A DNA stretch of 64,000 nucleotides, taken from IMG/VR virus record IMGVR_UViG_3300028197_000782, positions 33,101 through 97,100 of that record. One strand, written 5' to 3'. Below, one piece after another: positions 20,358-30,181 of the stretch. The translations under genes were made by a program, and so were the position numbers. Positions within the stretch are counted from its first letter, which is position 1, and every line of letters starts with the position of its first letter. This DNA is from a virus. The notes below the pieces were generated by a model. That model was not told where the DNA came from and did not search any database. It worked only from the letters and a program-made list of their open reading frames with translations.

Positions 20358-23300
20358 TTATCCTACAGTGCCTTCTCTTTGTACTACTGGTTCATTGCCT
20401 ACAAAGAGATTTTTAAGTTTGGTAGAAACTTCAGCCATAATTTCTTGCTTTGCTTGTGCTGTGATACTTTTCAAAGCCTCACCTCCATTTATATTAACAT
20501 TCACATCTACGGGTGCGCCAAATGTAATGTTGATATTCATAGCTTCCAACCTATCCACCTGAGCTTTGAATGACTCATTAAATCCTGCCAAGTTCTCACC
20601 AAAACCATCTAGTCCAGATAAATCTAAACCACCTCCCAAAGCACTAGATAGGTTTTGAATGGAAGTATTTAAAGGACCAATGGCTCCCGTTAACGGACTA
20701 ATAGCTCCTGTCAACCCAGCTGTCAACGCATTAAACGGAGCAGTAATAGCAGAAGTAACAGAATCGCCAACATCACTTACCGCTCTTAATGGTGCGGTAA
20801 TGCCACTAATTAAGCTATCTAACACACCTTTTTGATCTGTAGCTGCTACGGATACTCCACCTGTATCGGGTGTTGCGTAGGCTGCTGTAATTATTTTCTT
20901 TAGCTCGTCTAAGCCCATTGAATTAATACTATCAACCTGTTCTGGACTAGTTGCTAGTGAAGCGGCTTGTTCTCTAAGTCTAGTAAGGTCCGAAGGTCCA
21001 GATGATGCCAAAGAACTCATTTCATTTAAATTAACAACAAATACTTTTTGTACATCCCCTTCAACCTGTTTTTGGATTCGTTCAAATTCTGACTGCATTT
21101 GACTAGGCTTAGATTCAGCTTGTTGGTCTGGTGGTGGAGTGGCTCCAGCAGCGGGAGATGAAACAGTAGGATCAAGACCCTGTTGTTCCATAGCAGCACC
21201 AACTGGATCAGTGAAAGGATTGACAATAGGCTTGCCAGTAGCAGGATCAAATTTCTCAGTAGGAGGAGGAGTAGTAGTAGTAGTAGGTGTGTTTGCTTCT
21301 ACTTCATCTACTGCTTTCTGGACTTGTTTGTTTGCTTCTCGTTCTTGTATTTTAGCAGCTTCCAACATGTTTGATGTTGCTGTTTTTAAGTTTCCAGTGG
21401 ACTGTGGCAATGTGCTAGCCAAATCTCTAGCTGCGGCTTTTGCTGCTTCAGCTTCTGGGCTTGTTCCAGTTGCAGCTTCTGCCATCCCCTGAGCTACACC
21501 GGGAGCTAATCCAGCACTAGAGAGTCCCATGCCAACAGCGTTCTGTCTAACCTGACCAATATCCTGACCCATAAAGGAAGTCACGCCAGCTTGCTGCATT
21601 TCTTCTAGTTGTTTATTAGCTGTACCAAATGCAGACATTCCAAACTGATTAGCTAAAGTTGGATCGCCAATCGCTGCTGCGGCGGCTGCACCTTTACCAG
21701 CCATAGTATCAAGAAAACCTTCGATATCATTACCAAGTAATTGTTCTGCTGCTTTTTTCTCAGCAGCATTTTTAGCATTGATAACTTTAATTTCATCTCT
21801 TTTTACATCTATCAACGCCTTGGTAAGTTGGTAATTTTCTTCAGCAGCTTTTTGAAGTCTTTCTTCATCGGCTTGGAATTGAGGAGAATTAATTGTAGCT
21901 TGAGCTTCTTTGTCACCTGCGGCTGCTTCATTTCTGGTTATTCGTTGTTCTTCCTGTTTTTTAGCAATTTCATCATTTCTATTTCTTATTTCATCGGCAC
22001 TTCCAGAAGTCATCTGAGACAAGCCAACATCTGCACCTGTAACATTCAACTTATCAACAATAGCTTGAGACTGTTGCTGTGGAGTTACTTGAGGTCCACC
22101 AAACTCTGCCATGATTTCAGCAGCTTCTAGAGTCACATCAATTTGCTTTTTTACTGCACTAGCCAACTCATCTTCTAAATCCAATCTCTTTCTTTGAACT
22201 TGTGCTAGTTTATCAGAAGCTTCTGCTAAAGCTTCTAAAGCTGGAAGAACTTGATCAAGAGTAGTATCTCCTAGATCTGCCAGCACTTTATCAAGAACTG
22301 CAAAATTACCAGCCATGATTTCGTCTAGATCTTCATTTTTAATATCAGCTCCCTTTAGAGCGTCTAAAATACGTTCTTTAACGTCTTCTCCAACTCCATC
22401 CATTTGTCCAACTACAGCATCAGCAAAAGCTCCTCTTCTGTCTCCAGCATTACCGGGACCGCCAGCTCCTCTTTTGAAATCTGCAACCAAAGAGTCTTTA
22501 GCCGATTTACTAGCACTAACGAAGAATTTCTGAGCTGTATTAATAGCCTTAATATTTTCTCTAAACTTAGTAGCATCTCCACCAAGCCTTTCAATTTGAG
22601 AAGAAGCATGATTAACAGCTTCCTCAAAAACACCAGCTTCCATTCCCTGAGCTGCGTTTGTCACACCGGCTTTCAAAGTATTAATGGTCTGGTCCATCCT
22701 GCTAATACTACCATCAAAACCATCAACTAAATTACTCATACCTAGATTAGCGGCAGAAGCTGCGGCATTAATTCCTTGAAATCCTAGATTCATAGCATCA
22801 AATGCTGCTTTTGTTCTTTCAGCTTCTTTTGTGATATTATCAAAAGCTTTCTGAAGTTCGTCTTGATCTGCCAACTCTGCAAGTGCTGGATTCGCTGCTT
22901 GAAGTTGAGCCATGAAGGTGTTGAAGTCACCACCTGTAGCAGCTACCTGTTTGCCTAAAGCGTTAATAGCTGGTTGACTTTGGGAGATTGCTTCTTGAGA
23001 TAATTTATCCTGTTCTTTATTGTTCTCATCAATCTGTGCTTGAGCCTTATCCTCATTTTGCTTAGTAGTGCCAAAGCCGAAACTAAAACCTGTAAGACCA
23101 ACCATGAAATCACCAACAGCACTAGCAGCCGTTCTGGTATTTTTCATTAACGCAGTATTAGCTTCGATATTTGCCTGTCGAGAAGCAAGCACCGCAGCTG
23201 TGCCAGCACTAGTAGCAGCTAAAGCTTCAGCAGCTGAGATGTTTCCAGCTTGAAAATCCTTCATGGCGGCAGTAGCTTCTTTGCTTGATTCTGCTAATGC

Positions 23301-26300
23301 CTTGTGAGCAGCTGATTGAAGTGCAGCCGCTTTTGCTGTTTTAGTTAATACTTCTTTAGTTTTATCAAATGGGATAAAAAAGTCTCCAGAAAAATAACCA
23401 ATAACAGCACCAACAGCTATGCCTAGAGGACCAAAAATAGCCCCAGCAGCAGCACCAACTGCCATGCCCGTAGCAGCAGCTTTTCCTGATTCTCCCTCCG
23501 CTTGCGTTCCAGCTTGTTTTACGGCTTCGTCAACATCACCCTTTTCTATCGCTTTTTCTTTTCTAGCTTTGGCAGCAGAAGCTACAGCGCCACTCCACAT
23601 ATACATAATAGCTATAGCAGCAGTTAAAGCTGCAACAAAAGCTATGACAGGAAGAGCAAGTAATGCCACTGGACCAGCAAGGGCCAAACTTGCAGTTCCT
23701 AATGCCATATTCCCTAGCATAGCAAAAAAGCTTCCACCAGCTTCTGCCACATCAGCTGTAGTAGCAACTGCACTACCTACAGCCTCTCCCAAATCAGTTG
23801 CGGTAGCAGCTGCACTTCCTCCAGCCTCTACTACATCAGCTGTAGTAGCAACTGCACTACCTCCAGCCTCTGCAACATCAGAAGTAGCAGCAGCAGCACT
23901 AGCAACAGCTTGAGCTTGCATCGAACTTGACGCTCCAAATATAGACGGAAGTAACTTTGAAGCAAAACTTCCAGCCACCTGTAAACCAGCAAGTCCTGCT
24001 TTTGCCATACTTTTTACAAAATCAGTTGATAAGAGCATTGCCACCATACTAAGCTGCATAGCCATATCGTTTACGCTATGTAAGAAATAATCCATAGGCC
24101 CAGAAGCTTCATCAATTACCGGAAGAAACATGGAGAAGGCAGCTTGTAGAGCAAAGACACTCATCATCATGCCTTCCATGCTCATTTTTGTTTTACCAGT
24201 TGATTCTTTTAAATTTTTTGATGCTTTAATAGATTCAGCTGCTTCTTTCTTATCTGCTTCAGCAGCTTCCAAACTTGCTTTAATTTCTTTATTAGTAGCA
24301 TCAAGTGCTTTTAGTTTAGCATCATTGTTTTGTAGCGTAGTCGTAGCTGCTGTAGCTTCAGCCTGAGTGATTTGACCAAGAGCTGCTAATTGAGTGACGT
24401 TAGCTTGAGTGAGTTGATTTTGAGTAGAAGCTGTATTGAGAATAGCAGTTACCAAACTGGTCATCGACTGAGTGGCGACCATTGAAATTTCACCTAGAAC
24501 ACTGATCCCAGCTGCACTGATCATTGAACTTTCACCTAGAGCATTGATCCCAGCTGTATTGAATCCTTCTACTCCACCTCCATTTTCAAATCTTTGTACA
24601 ATACTACCAACTGGACCGCCCTTATTAAACTTGGCGATTTTATTCATCTGACCAAGCTTACCATATCCAATATTTTGTGCTGACTTTTTATTAATTACAA
24701 ACTCACCCGGAGTCAACAAGGCAGGAACTGTATCTGGACCTTCTGGGCCAGTACTTCCCATAGCTCGTTTTTTTCTTCTTAATGAATCTTTGGAAGCGGC
24801 TTTGTCTCTATTCTGTGATAGCTTGCTATTTTTATCAAACTTGTTGTGTTCTTCTCCTTTGGCCTCTTTAGCTGCATCTTTAGCTTCAGCTTCAGCTATC
24901 AATTTATTTGCAACAGTAGACCTAAAGCCCTCTACTAATTTGTTAACACCTTTTTTAGCCAAACTTCCCAAAGCATCTTCGTTAAATGTTCTTTTGGCAT
25001 CTGCAATTCTTGTGCCATCCATACCAAATACAGGAGCAGCAGATCCTAAGCCTAGTGGATAATCAAAAGTTGCATTAGCAGCGTCACGCTGTTCATTAAA
25101 TGGTTGGTCTGATAAACCAGTAATAAATGCTTCAAATATATTGCCTTCAACCTGTGCTGGATTAGCTTGTTGATAACCTGTACTAAACTTACTTGGATTA
25201 AATTTAGGAGTACCGCCAAACGATTTAGTAGCAAATTCACTAGCAAATTGTGCTATACTGTTCTTAAGTCCTGCCTGAAAGCCTTCAGCAACCTGCGTGT
25301 TCAAGGAACCAGACTGTACATCAATTTTAAGCGCTCTGCTAAGTTTTCCTATTTCTGCCTTCTCTGAATCTCTAAGGCGAGGTGAGCCTGTTTTGTTACT
25401 TGTGAGGTTACTTAAACCCCTTGCAATTGGTTCCTCTAGTTTTGCAGTATCGCCAGCCTGAAGCGTTGCCATTAAATTTTTCACAACACCTTGAGGCTGT
25501 AGGAATGCACCTCCAATGTCTAAATCAGAGTCGCCAACATTCTTGTCTCCAGCAGCTTTCAGTGTTGCAGAAATGTCTTGCCCATCTATTTGGAATCTTG
25601 CCCCTACTCCTTCATCGCCTAATTTTTCTTGAACAGTCTGTTTTTTTCTTGCTTTTTTAGCCGTTTTACCATAAGTATGTCTACCTCTTGTAACAATGCC
25701 ACCAGCAGCATACTTATTCATAGCCTCCAAATTGCCAGCACCTAGCTTCGCAACACTATCTTTTTTAATGACAAACTCTCCCGGCATCAGCATAGCTGGA
25801 ACAGTATCTCTATTACCAGTTCCGGGGACAGATCCACCTCTGGCAAACTTCATTACTTTGCCACCCTTACTGAATGCGCCCAGCATGGCAGGAACGCCAT
25901 CACTATCACCAGTAACTGGAACTTGACCTCCTCTGGCAAGCTTCGTTGCTTTACTACCCTTATTCGTAGCCTTTAAATTGCCAGCGCCTAACTTCGCAAC
26001 GCTATCTGGACGAACTGTAGCAAATTGCTTATATGAATATTGCAGTGGTACTGCTGAACCTTTCCAGCTAGCAGGGTCTGGGCTTGGGAAATCTTCTTCC
26101 TTAGCGTATGAACCCGTATATAATTGTGCTTGTGGAACTATACTTTTGCTAACCGGCCTACCATCTTTGCTTCTACCCGAATTAAAGTAAGTACCCCAAA
26201 TTTTAGTTAGTGCAGATGCACTTACTCTGCTTCTGTCTGAAACTAAGCTTCCTCCTTGCTTCGTCGCTTGTTGCATAGCAGCGTCATATAAAGCTCTGCC

Positions 26301-27962
26301 TCCTCCACCTGTTGCTTGAGAACTAGTAACTGCAAAAAGTCCACCTCCTATGTCTCTTGCAGAAACCTCGCCGCTACTTGATTGTCCTTTTTTAAATCGG
26401 GCAGTAATTATTCTTCCACCAGTAGTTTCAACACTTAATCCTTTTTGATTAGTCTTCTTCGTTGCTTTACCACCCTTATTCATAGCCTCCAAATTGCTAG
26501 CGCCTAACTTCGCAACGCTATCTTTTTTAATAACAAACTCTCCGGGCATAAGCATGGCAGGAACGGTGTCGCTATTGCCACTACCCGGAACCTGACCTCC
26601 TTTGGCAAATTTCATTACTTTTCCACCCTTACTGAAACCGCCCAGCATACCGCCAACTCCCTTACCCATAGAGCCTAAAAGTTTAATACCGGCGAAAGCA
26701 GTTAGTAAAGGTATGATTGGAGCTAGAGCATCAGCTAGTTTTATCAACGCACTGGCTAGTTTTAAGACAGTATCAGCCATTATTTGGAACGTAGTACTAG
26801 AAGTAACACTTCTAATTAAAGCTAAAAACTCTTCTTTAACTTTAGTAATTTGAATGCCCAAAGCAAGTTGAGCTTTCGCTGCATCAGTAGCTAAACTTCC
26901 AGAACCAGCTTGAGCTACATTTAAAGCAGCCTGAGCTGTAGAAAACTGTTGTAGTAATGGAATGACTTTACCAATTTGTCTAAATCCACCCAACTGTTCA
27001 GCAATTTCAATGAACGTAATATCACCCTGCTCTAGACCTGCTAAGGCAGCACTAAGCTGACGTATAGCTTCAAAGGGTCCAACAAACTTACCTTCTAAGT
27101 CGAGAAGTTCAACTCCAAACTGTTTAAGATATTCAATAGTTTCAGGACGTTGAATACGTGTAAAGATAGTTCTTAAACCAGTAGAAATACTTTCAGCAGA
27201 TTCTCGCGTTGTAGCTCTAACGCTGGTAAATAATGCAATCAATTCATTTAGATCACCACCAGCTGCCTTAAACACACCACCCGTTCTACGAATGACAGCG
27301 ATCAAGTCGCCAGATTCTACAGCGAACTGACCAGCAACCGCATTCAAAGAACCAAGTTGTTCTTCCAGAGCAGCAGCGCCCTGACCAAACTGATTCAAGA
27401 TTGCTACAGCGCCTTCAGCCGTCTGCGTAATATTATCAAACGTAGGAGCTAATTCAGTTTTAGCTAAAGTAGACAACGCTGTTTGAGTGTCTCTGGCAGA
27501 TAAACCCGTCTGAGCTAAGATTCTAGATACACTTAATAACGAAGTAGAAGATACACCTAAAGTAGTAGATAATCGAGTAATAGTATTGGTAAGACCTTGA
27601 AGAGACTCCATGCTCTTACCAGTAACCTGAGAAACTTTAACTAATTCTCTTTCAAAAGCAATAGCTTCTCTAATAGCATTACCCAGCGTGTTAGTAAATA
27701 AACTAACCGCTCTGGTAGCAATAGCCAAGCCAGTAAATCTATTAATATTAGCTTTTAAAGATCCATTTAATTTATTAAACGAACCACTAGCTTGATTAGC
27801 AGATTTAGATACATTATTTAGTTGCTTAGTTGCAGTGCCAGCCTGTTGTACATTTACATTTACACTTACGCCCTTTAATTGTGATTGTATTTGTGATACA
27901 ACCTGACGAACGTTATTTGGTGCTTGTAATTGTAACTCAGCTGTTAGTACGAATTTTGACAT
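20358..27962 (-). CDS. Tail tape measure protein (2534 aa) with internal repeated modules and cargo domains
   Basis: N-terminal TMP core (AFERELVKVSQVTG...LAQTGLS...), Ala-rich helical body and hydrophobic segments. Lies after the tail tube and chaperone genes. Confidence 0.9.
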   Translation of the reverse strand: MSKFVLTAELQLQAPNNVRQVVSQIQSQLKGVSVNVNVQQAGTATKQLNNVSKSANQASGSFNKLNGSLKANINRFTGLAIATRAVSLFTNTLGNAIREAIAFERELVKVSQVTGKSMESLQGLTNTITRLSTTLGVSSTSLLSVSRILAQTGLSARDTQTALSTLAKTELAPTFDNITQTAEGAVAILNQFGQGAAALEEQLGSLNAVAGQFAVESGDLIAVIRRTGGVFKAAGGDLNELIALFTSVRATTRESAESISTGLRTIFTRIQRPETIEYLKQFGVELLDLEGKFVGPFEAIRQLSAALAGLEQGDITFIEIAEQLGGFRQIGKVIPLLQQFSTAQAALNVAQAGSGSLATDAAKAQLALGIQITKVKEEFLALIRSVTSSTTFQIMADTVLKLASALIKLADALAPIIPLLTAFAGIKLLGSMGKGVGGMLGGFSKGGKVMKFAKGGQVPGSGNSDTVPAMLMPGEFVIKKDSVAKLGASNLEAMNKGGKATKKTNQKGLSVETTGGRIITARFKKGQSSSGEVSARDIGGGLFAVTSSQATGGGGRALYDAAMQQATKQGGSLVSDRSRVSASALTKIWGTYFNSGRSKDGRPVSKSIVPQAQLYTGSYAKEEDFPSPDPASWKGSAVPLQYSYKQFATVRPDSVAKLGAGNLKATNKGSKATKLARGGQVPVTGDSDGVPAMLGAFSKGGKVMKFARGGSVPGTGNRDTVPAMLMPGEFVIKKDSVAKLGAGNLEAMNKYAAGGIVTRGRHTYGKTAKKARKKQTVQEKLGDEGVGARFQIDGQDISATLKAAGDKNVGDSDLDIGGAFLQPQGVVKNLMATLQAGDTAKLEEPIARGLSNLTSNKTGSPRLRDSEKAEIGKLSRALKIDVQSGSLNTQVAEGFQAGLKNSIAQFASEFATKSFGGTPKFNPSKFSTGYQQANPAQVEGNIFEAFITGLSDQPFNEQRDAANATFDYPLGLGSAAPVFGMDGTRIADAKRTFNEDALGSLAKKGVNKLVEGFRSTVANKLIAEAEAKDAAKEAKGEEHNKFDKNSKLSQNRDKAASKDSLRRKKRAMGSTGPEGPDTVPALLTPGEFVINKKSAQNIGYGKLGQMNKIAKFNKGGPVGSIVQRFENGGGVEGFNTAGINALGESSMISAAGISVLGEISMVATQSMTSLVTAILNTASTQNQLTQANVTQLAALGQITQAEATAATTTLQNNDAKLKALDATNKEIKASLEAAEADKKEAAESIKASKNLKESTGKTKMSMEGMMMSVFALQAAFSMFLPVIDEASGPMDYFLHSVNDMAMQLSMVAMLLSTDFVKSMAKAGLAGLQVAGSFASKLLPSIFGASSSMQAQAVASAAAATSDVAEAGGSAVATTADVVEAGGSAAATATDLGEAVGSAVATTADVAEAGGSFFAMLGNMALGTASLALAGPVALLALPVIAFVAALTAAIAIMYMWSGAVASAAKARKEKAIEKGDVDEAVKQAGTQAEGESGKAAATGMAVGAAAGAIFGPLGIAVGAVIGYFSGDFFIPFDKTKEVLTKTAKAAALQSAAHKALAESSKEATAAMKDFQAGNISAAEALAATSAGTAAVLASRQANIEANTALMKNTRTAASAVGDFMVGLTGFSFGFGTTKQNEDKAQAQIDENNKEQDKLSQEAISQSQPAINALGKQVAATGGDFNTFMAQLQAANPALAELADQDELQKAFDNITKEAERTKAAFDAMNLGFQGINAAASAANLGMSNLVDGFDGSISRMDQTINTLKAGVTNAAQGMEAGVFEEAVNHASSQIERLGGDATKFRENIKAINTAQKFFVSASKSAKDSLVADFKRGAGGPGNAGDRRGAFADAVVGQMDGVGEDVKERILDALKGADIKNEDLDEIMAGNFAVLDKVLADLGDTTLDQVLPALEALAEASDKLAQVQRKRLDLEDELASAVKKQIDVTLEAAEIMAEFGGPQVTPQQQSQAIVDKLNVTGADVGLSQMTSGSADEIRNRNDEIAKKQEEQRITRNEAAAGDKEAQATINSPQFQADEERLQKAAEENYQLTKALIDVKRDEIKVINAKNAAEKKAAEQLLGNDIEGFLDTMAGKGAAAAAAIGDPTLANQFGMSAFGTANKQLEEMQQAGVTSFMGQDIGQVRQNAVGMGLSSAGLAPGVAQGMAEAATGTSPEAEAAKAAARDLASTLPQSTGNLKTATSNMLEAAKIQEREANKQVQKAVDEVEANTPTTTTTPPPTEKFDPATGKPIVNPFTDPVGAAMEQQGLDPTVSSPAAGATPPPDQQAESKPSQMQSEFERIQKQVEGDVQKVFVVNLNEMSSLASSGPSDLTRLREQAASLATSPEQVDSINSMGLDELKKIITAAYATPDTGGVSVAATDQKGVLDSLISGITAPLRAVSDVGDSVTSAITAPFNALTAGLTGAISPLTGAIGPLNTSIQNLSSALGGGLDLSGLDGFGENLAGFNESFKAQVDRLEAMNINITFGAPVDVNVNINGGEALKSITAQAKQEIMAEVSTKLKNLFVGNEPVVQREGTVG
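23731..23896 (-). repeat. ~4 x 42-bp (14-aa) tandem repeat within the TMP (AVATTADVxEAGGS)
   Basis: Exact 30-bp duplication acatcagctgtagtagcaactgcactacct at 23749-23778 and 23833-23862, 84 bp apart. Confidence 0.85.
25713..26648 (-). repeat. Direct repeats within the TMP: two ~174-bp module copies (25713-25886, 26475-26648) and a 67-bp repeat pair (25941-26007, 26457-26523)
   Basis: Both long copies encode MLGxFSKGGKVMKFAxGGxVPGxGNxDTVPAMLMPGEFVIKKDSVAKLGAxNLEAMNK. The 67-bp pair aligns at 62/67 identity by hand and is 516 bp (172 codons) apart. Confidence 0.9.
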
Positions 27963-28003
27963 ATTTTCTTCCAGTTATGCTCGTACTATCCGACAACTAT
28001 CCA

Positions 28004-28855
28004 CTAATCTGTATTGTTTTTTGGACTACTTTTTTTGGTTATTTTTTTCTTAGGAGTAGCAGGGTGTACATCATCTTCATAGTCTGCCTGAAGAAGCATT
28101 TGCCCCGCTTCACTTAAGAGATTACCTTCTCTGTCTATTCTATCTCCACTATCATTAACCAACCAACCCTTATCATTAACTAAGGTTCCGTCTACATCAA
28201 TTCTATGTCCTTCTTGGTCTACCAAAGAAAGATCGTCATTGACTAAATTAAACTTCTTAAGAAATTGATTTTCAGGCAAGCTTTCCTCATAGGAATTGTC
28301 GAGATTATACATCATTTGACCTAAAGCAGAAGCCGCAGCGAATGCTATTTCGTCATCAGCATTTTCGTCATATTCCTCTAGATTCTTATACACTTTTTGA
28401 TCGTTATCGGTATAGGTACAATTTGCTACTAAAAAATTAAATTTAGCATTTTCAGCTAAACCTTCAGCTGTATTGGATTCAAGTGCAATTTTCTCAGCTA
28501 TTAAATCCCTTAATTGTATGCGTAGTTGACGTATTTCTATGGCTTTTCTTTTGCCTTCAGAAACCTTTAGCTTTCTACCATCCACACCTAGAGCAATCTG
28601 TCTTTCTAGTAATTTAATATTTTCAGTAATAGTATGTTGTTTTTCTTCTTTACTATCATCCCACATTCCGTTTTTCTTCATGAATTCATTCAAGGAAATC
28701 TTAGTAAACAATCCTTCTTTGACTGATTCCGTCCAAATCTTAGCTCCAATTTTTTGAGCTTTATTAATAAGGCTAGCATTAGGTCTTTTTACAACGATTT
28801 TAACTTTGCTACCGTCTACCTTTTCAACTAGAATTTCCTTTTGTTTTTTAGCCAT
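28004..28855 (-). CDS. Putative tail assembly chaperone (283 aa)
   Basis: Directly upstream of the TMP. Charged helical protein with 7-aa D/N-x-x-G repeats near the C-terminus. Confidence 0.5.
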   Translation of the reverse strand: MAKKQKEILVEKVDGSKVKIVVKRPNASLINKAQKIGAKIWTESVKEGLFTKISLNEFMKKNGMWDDSKEEKQHTITENIKLLERQIALGVDGRKLKVSEGKRKAIEIRQLRIQLRDLIAEKIALESNTAEGLAENAKFNFLVANCTYTDNDQKVYKNLEEYDENADDEIAFAAASALGQMMYNLDNSYEESLPENQFLKKFNLVNDDLSLVDQEGHRIDVDGTLVNDKGWLVNDSGDRIDREGNLLSEAGQMLLQADYEDDVHPATPKKKITKKSSPKNNTD

Positions 28856-29162
28856 GTTGTCCTCCGATTTTGTTAATTGGTAAAGTAACCGTGTTAGTTT
28901 TTAAATTTATATCATACAAATCTATTTCTGTATCTACATTTCTGATTTGATGATTTCCTTTGTCTAAAATTTCTGAACGCAGTGTATTGAATAATTCCTG
29001 CATTTTTTCTGCGTCTTCAGCACCTTCATCCCATAAAAAACTAAATAAATTCTCTACTGAAGAAATAGCTCCAATCATTGTAGTTTGGACTTTTTTCTTA
29101 ATAATTCTTTTTAGTCTTTCTTTAGACTTTATTCTGTGCGTAGGTTTATCTCTAAAACTCAT
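28848..29162 (-). CDS. Hypothetical protein (104 aa), tail assembly region
   Basis: Start and stop overlap the neighbouring genes. Confidence 0.75.
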   Translation of the reverse strand: MSFRDKPTHRIKSKERLKRIIKKKVQTTMIGAISSVENLFSFLWDEGAEDAEKMQELFNTLRSEILDKGNHQIRNVDTEIDLYDINLKTNTVTLPINKIGGQHG

Positions 29163-30181
29163 TTTTGTTTGTTTCCTTTCTTAAATCCTTCCATTATTTC
29201 TTTTCTATACTCCGCTTGCTTGTCTGAAAATTTATGATGTTCTAGCCTGCCTTCTTTATTAAGCTGTTCTGCTCTTCTTTGTTTAACTGCAAGAGATGAT
29301 TTATCGTTTGAATTAGAAATAGCAGCAGCTTCTTTTTTATTACTAGCCATTATAAATACATTTTCAGAAGATTTAATCTTTTCATTTTTAACAATATCTT
29401 CTGTAGCTTTCTTGTTAGCTTCGGCTTCTCTTTTTCTTCTTTGTGATACAAACCATCCGTCTAGAAAATCATCATCTTCTATTACTTCTTTTGGGGGTGT
29501 GTCCATAGACTCATGTACGCTATCGTAAGTCCTAGACCATAAAACTATATTCCTTTGATTTATTGTAGGTTCTTCGTTTATGAATAATCTAATACCAGAT
29601 TTTTCAGCCATAGACCAAAGAGATCTCCAAGGCTCAGTTCTACAAAGTTCTCTTATTTCTGTGTCAGATAAAATATTTTGTTGATAAGCAACTATCAAAT
29701 CATCTATATTATCATCAATGTCAAATGCGCTTTTAATACAACATTTCTTTACTATAAATAATAGTCTAGACATCTCTGCATATTGTTCAGCAGACTGCAT
29801 GTACATAATATTTTTCTTATGCATCAACGTACCAAGAAGTTTTTCTTGTCTTCTCAAACGTTTTCTGTGTTTTTTTACAAAATCATCATTCAAATATTTT
29901 TCATATAACTCAAGTTTATTATTGTCAATAGATTTTTCAACAGTTTTTACCGCCTCGTCGTCTATATCAGTCCAAGCTTCTGTAACTAGCATGAAAGCTT
30001 CCAATTCCTTACTGTCCATTAATCCGTCTGATCTTGCCTCTTCAAACGCTTCCATATAAGCATCGTAAGAGTCTATCACATCCTGCAACTCAGGAGGTCT
30101 TATCGAAATATTAAAATTTTTTATGTGTACTTTGCCAGATCTTATAGTAGCAACAAGAAACTCCCGCAAGCGTAGATCCAT
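29159..30181 (-). CDS. Putative tail assembly chaperone-like protein (340 aa)
   Basis: Lies between tail tube and TMP; helical and charged; motif PPKEVIEDDDFLDGW. Confidence 0.45.
   Translation of the reverse strand: MDLRLREFLVATIRSGKVHIKNFNISIRPPELQDVIDSYDAYMEAFEEARSDGLMDSKELEAFMLVTEAWTDIDDEAVKTVEKSIDNNKLELYEKYLNDDFVKKHRKRLRRQEKLLGTLMHKKNIMYMQSAEQYAEMSRLLFIVKKCCIKSAFDIDDNIDDLIVAYQQNILSDTEIRELCRTEPWRSLWSMAEKSGIRLFINEEPTINQRNIVLWSRTYDSVHESMDTPPKEVIEDDDFLDGWFVSQRRKREAEANKKATEDIVKNEKIKSSENVFIMASNKKEAAAISNSNDKSSLAVKQRRAEQLNKEGRLEHHKFSDKQAEYRKEIMEGFKKGNKQK

Noticed and set aside
28385-28393. Intragenic GTGTATAAG (and GTGTACAAT at 58363-58371) as late promoters
   Set aside because: Inside coding sequence (Val-Tyr codons) and far from a start; compatible with chance.
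28004-30181. Programmed -1 frameshift in the tail chaperone genes (lambda G/GT type)
   Set aside because: The three ORFs each have their own start with overlapping stop/start coupling, and I could not identify a convincing slippery site.
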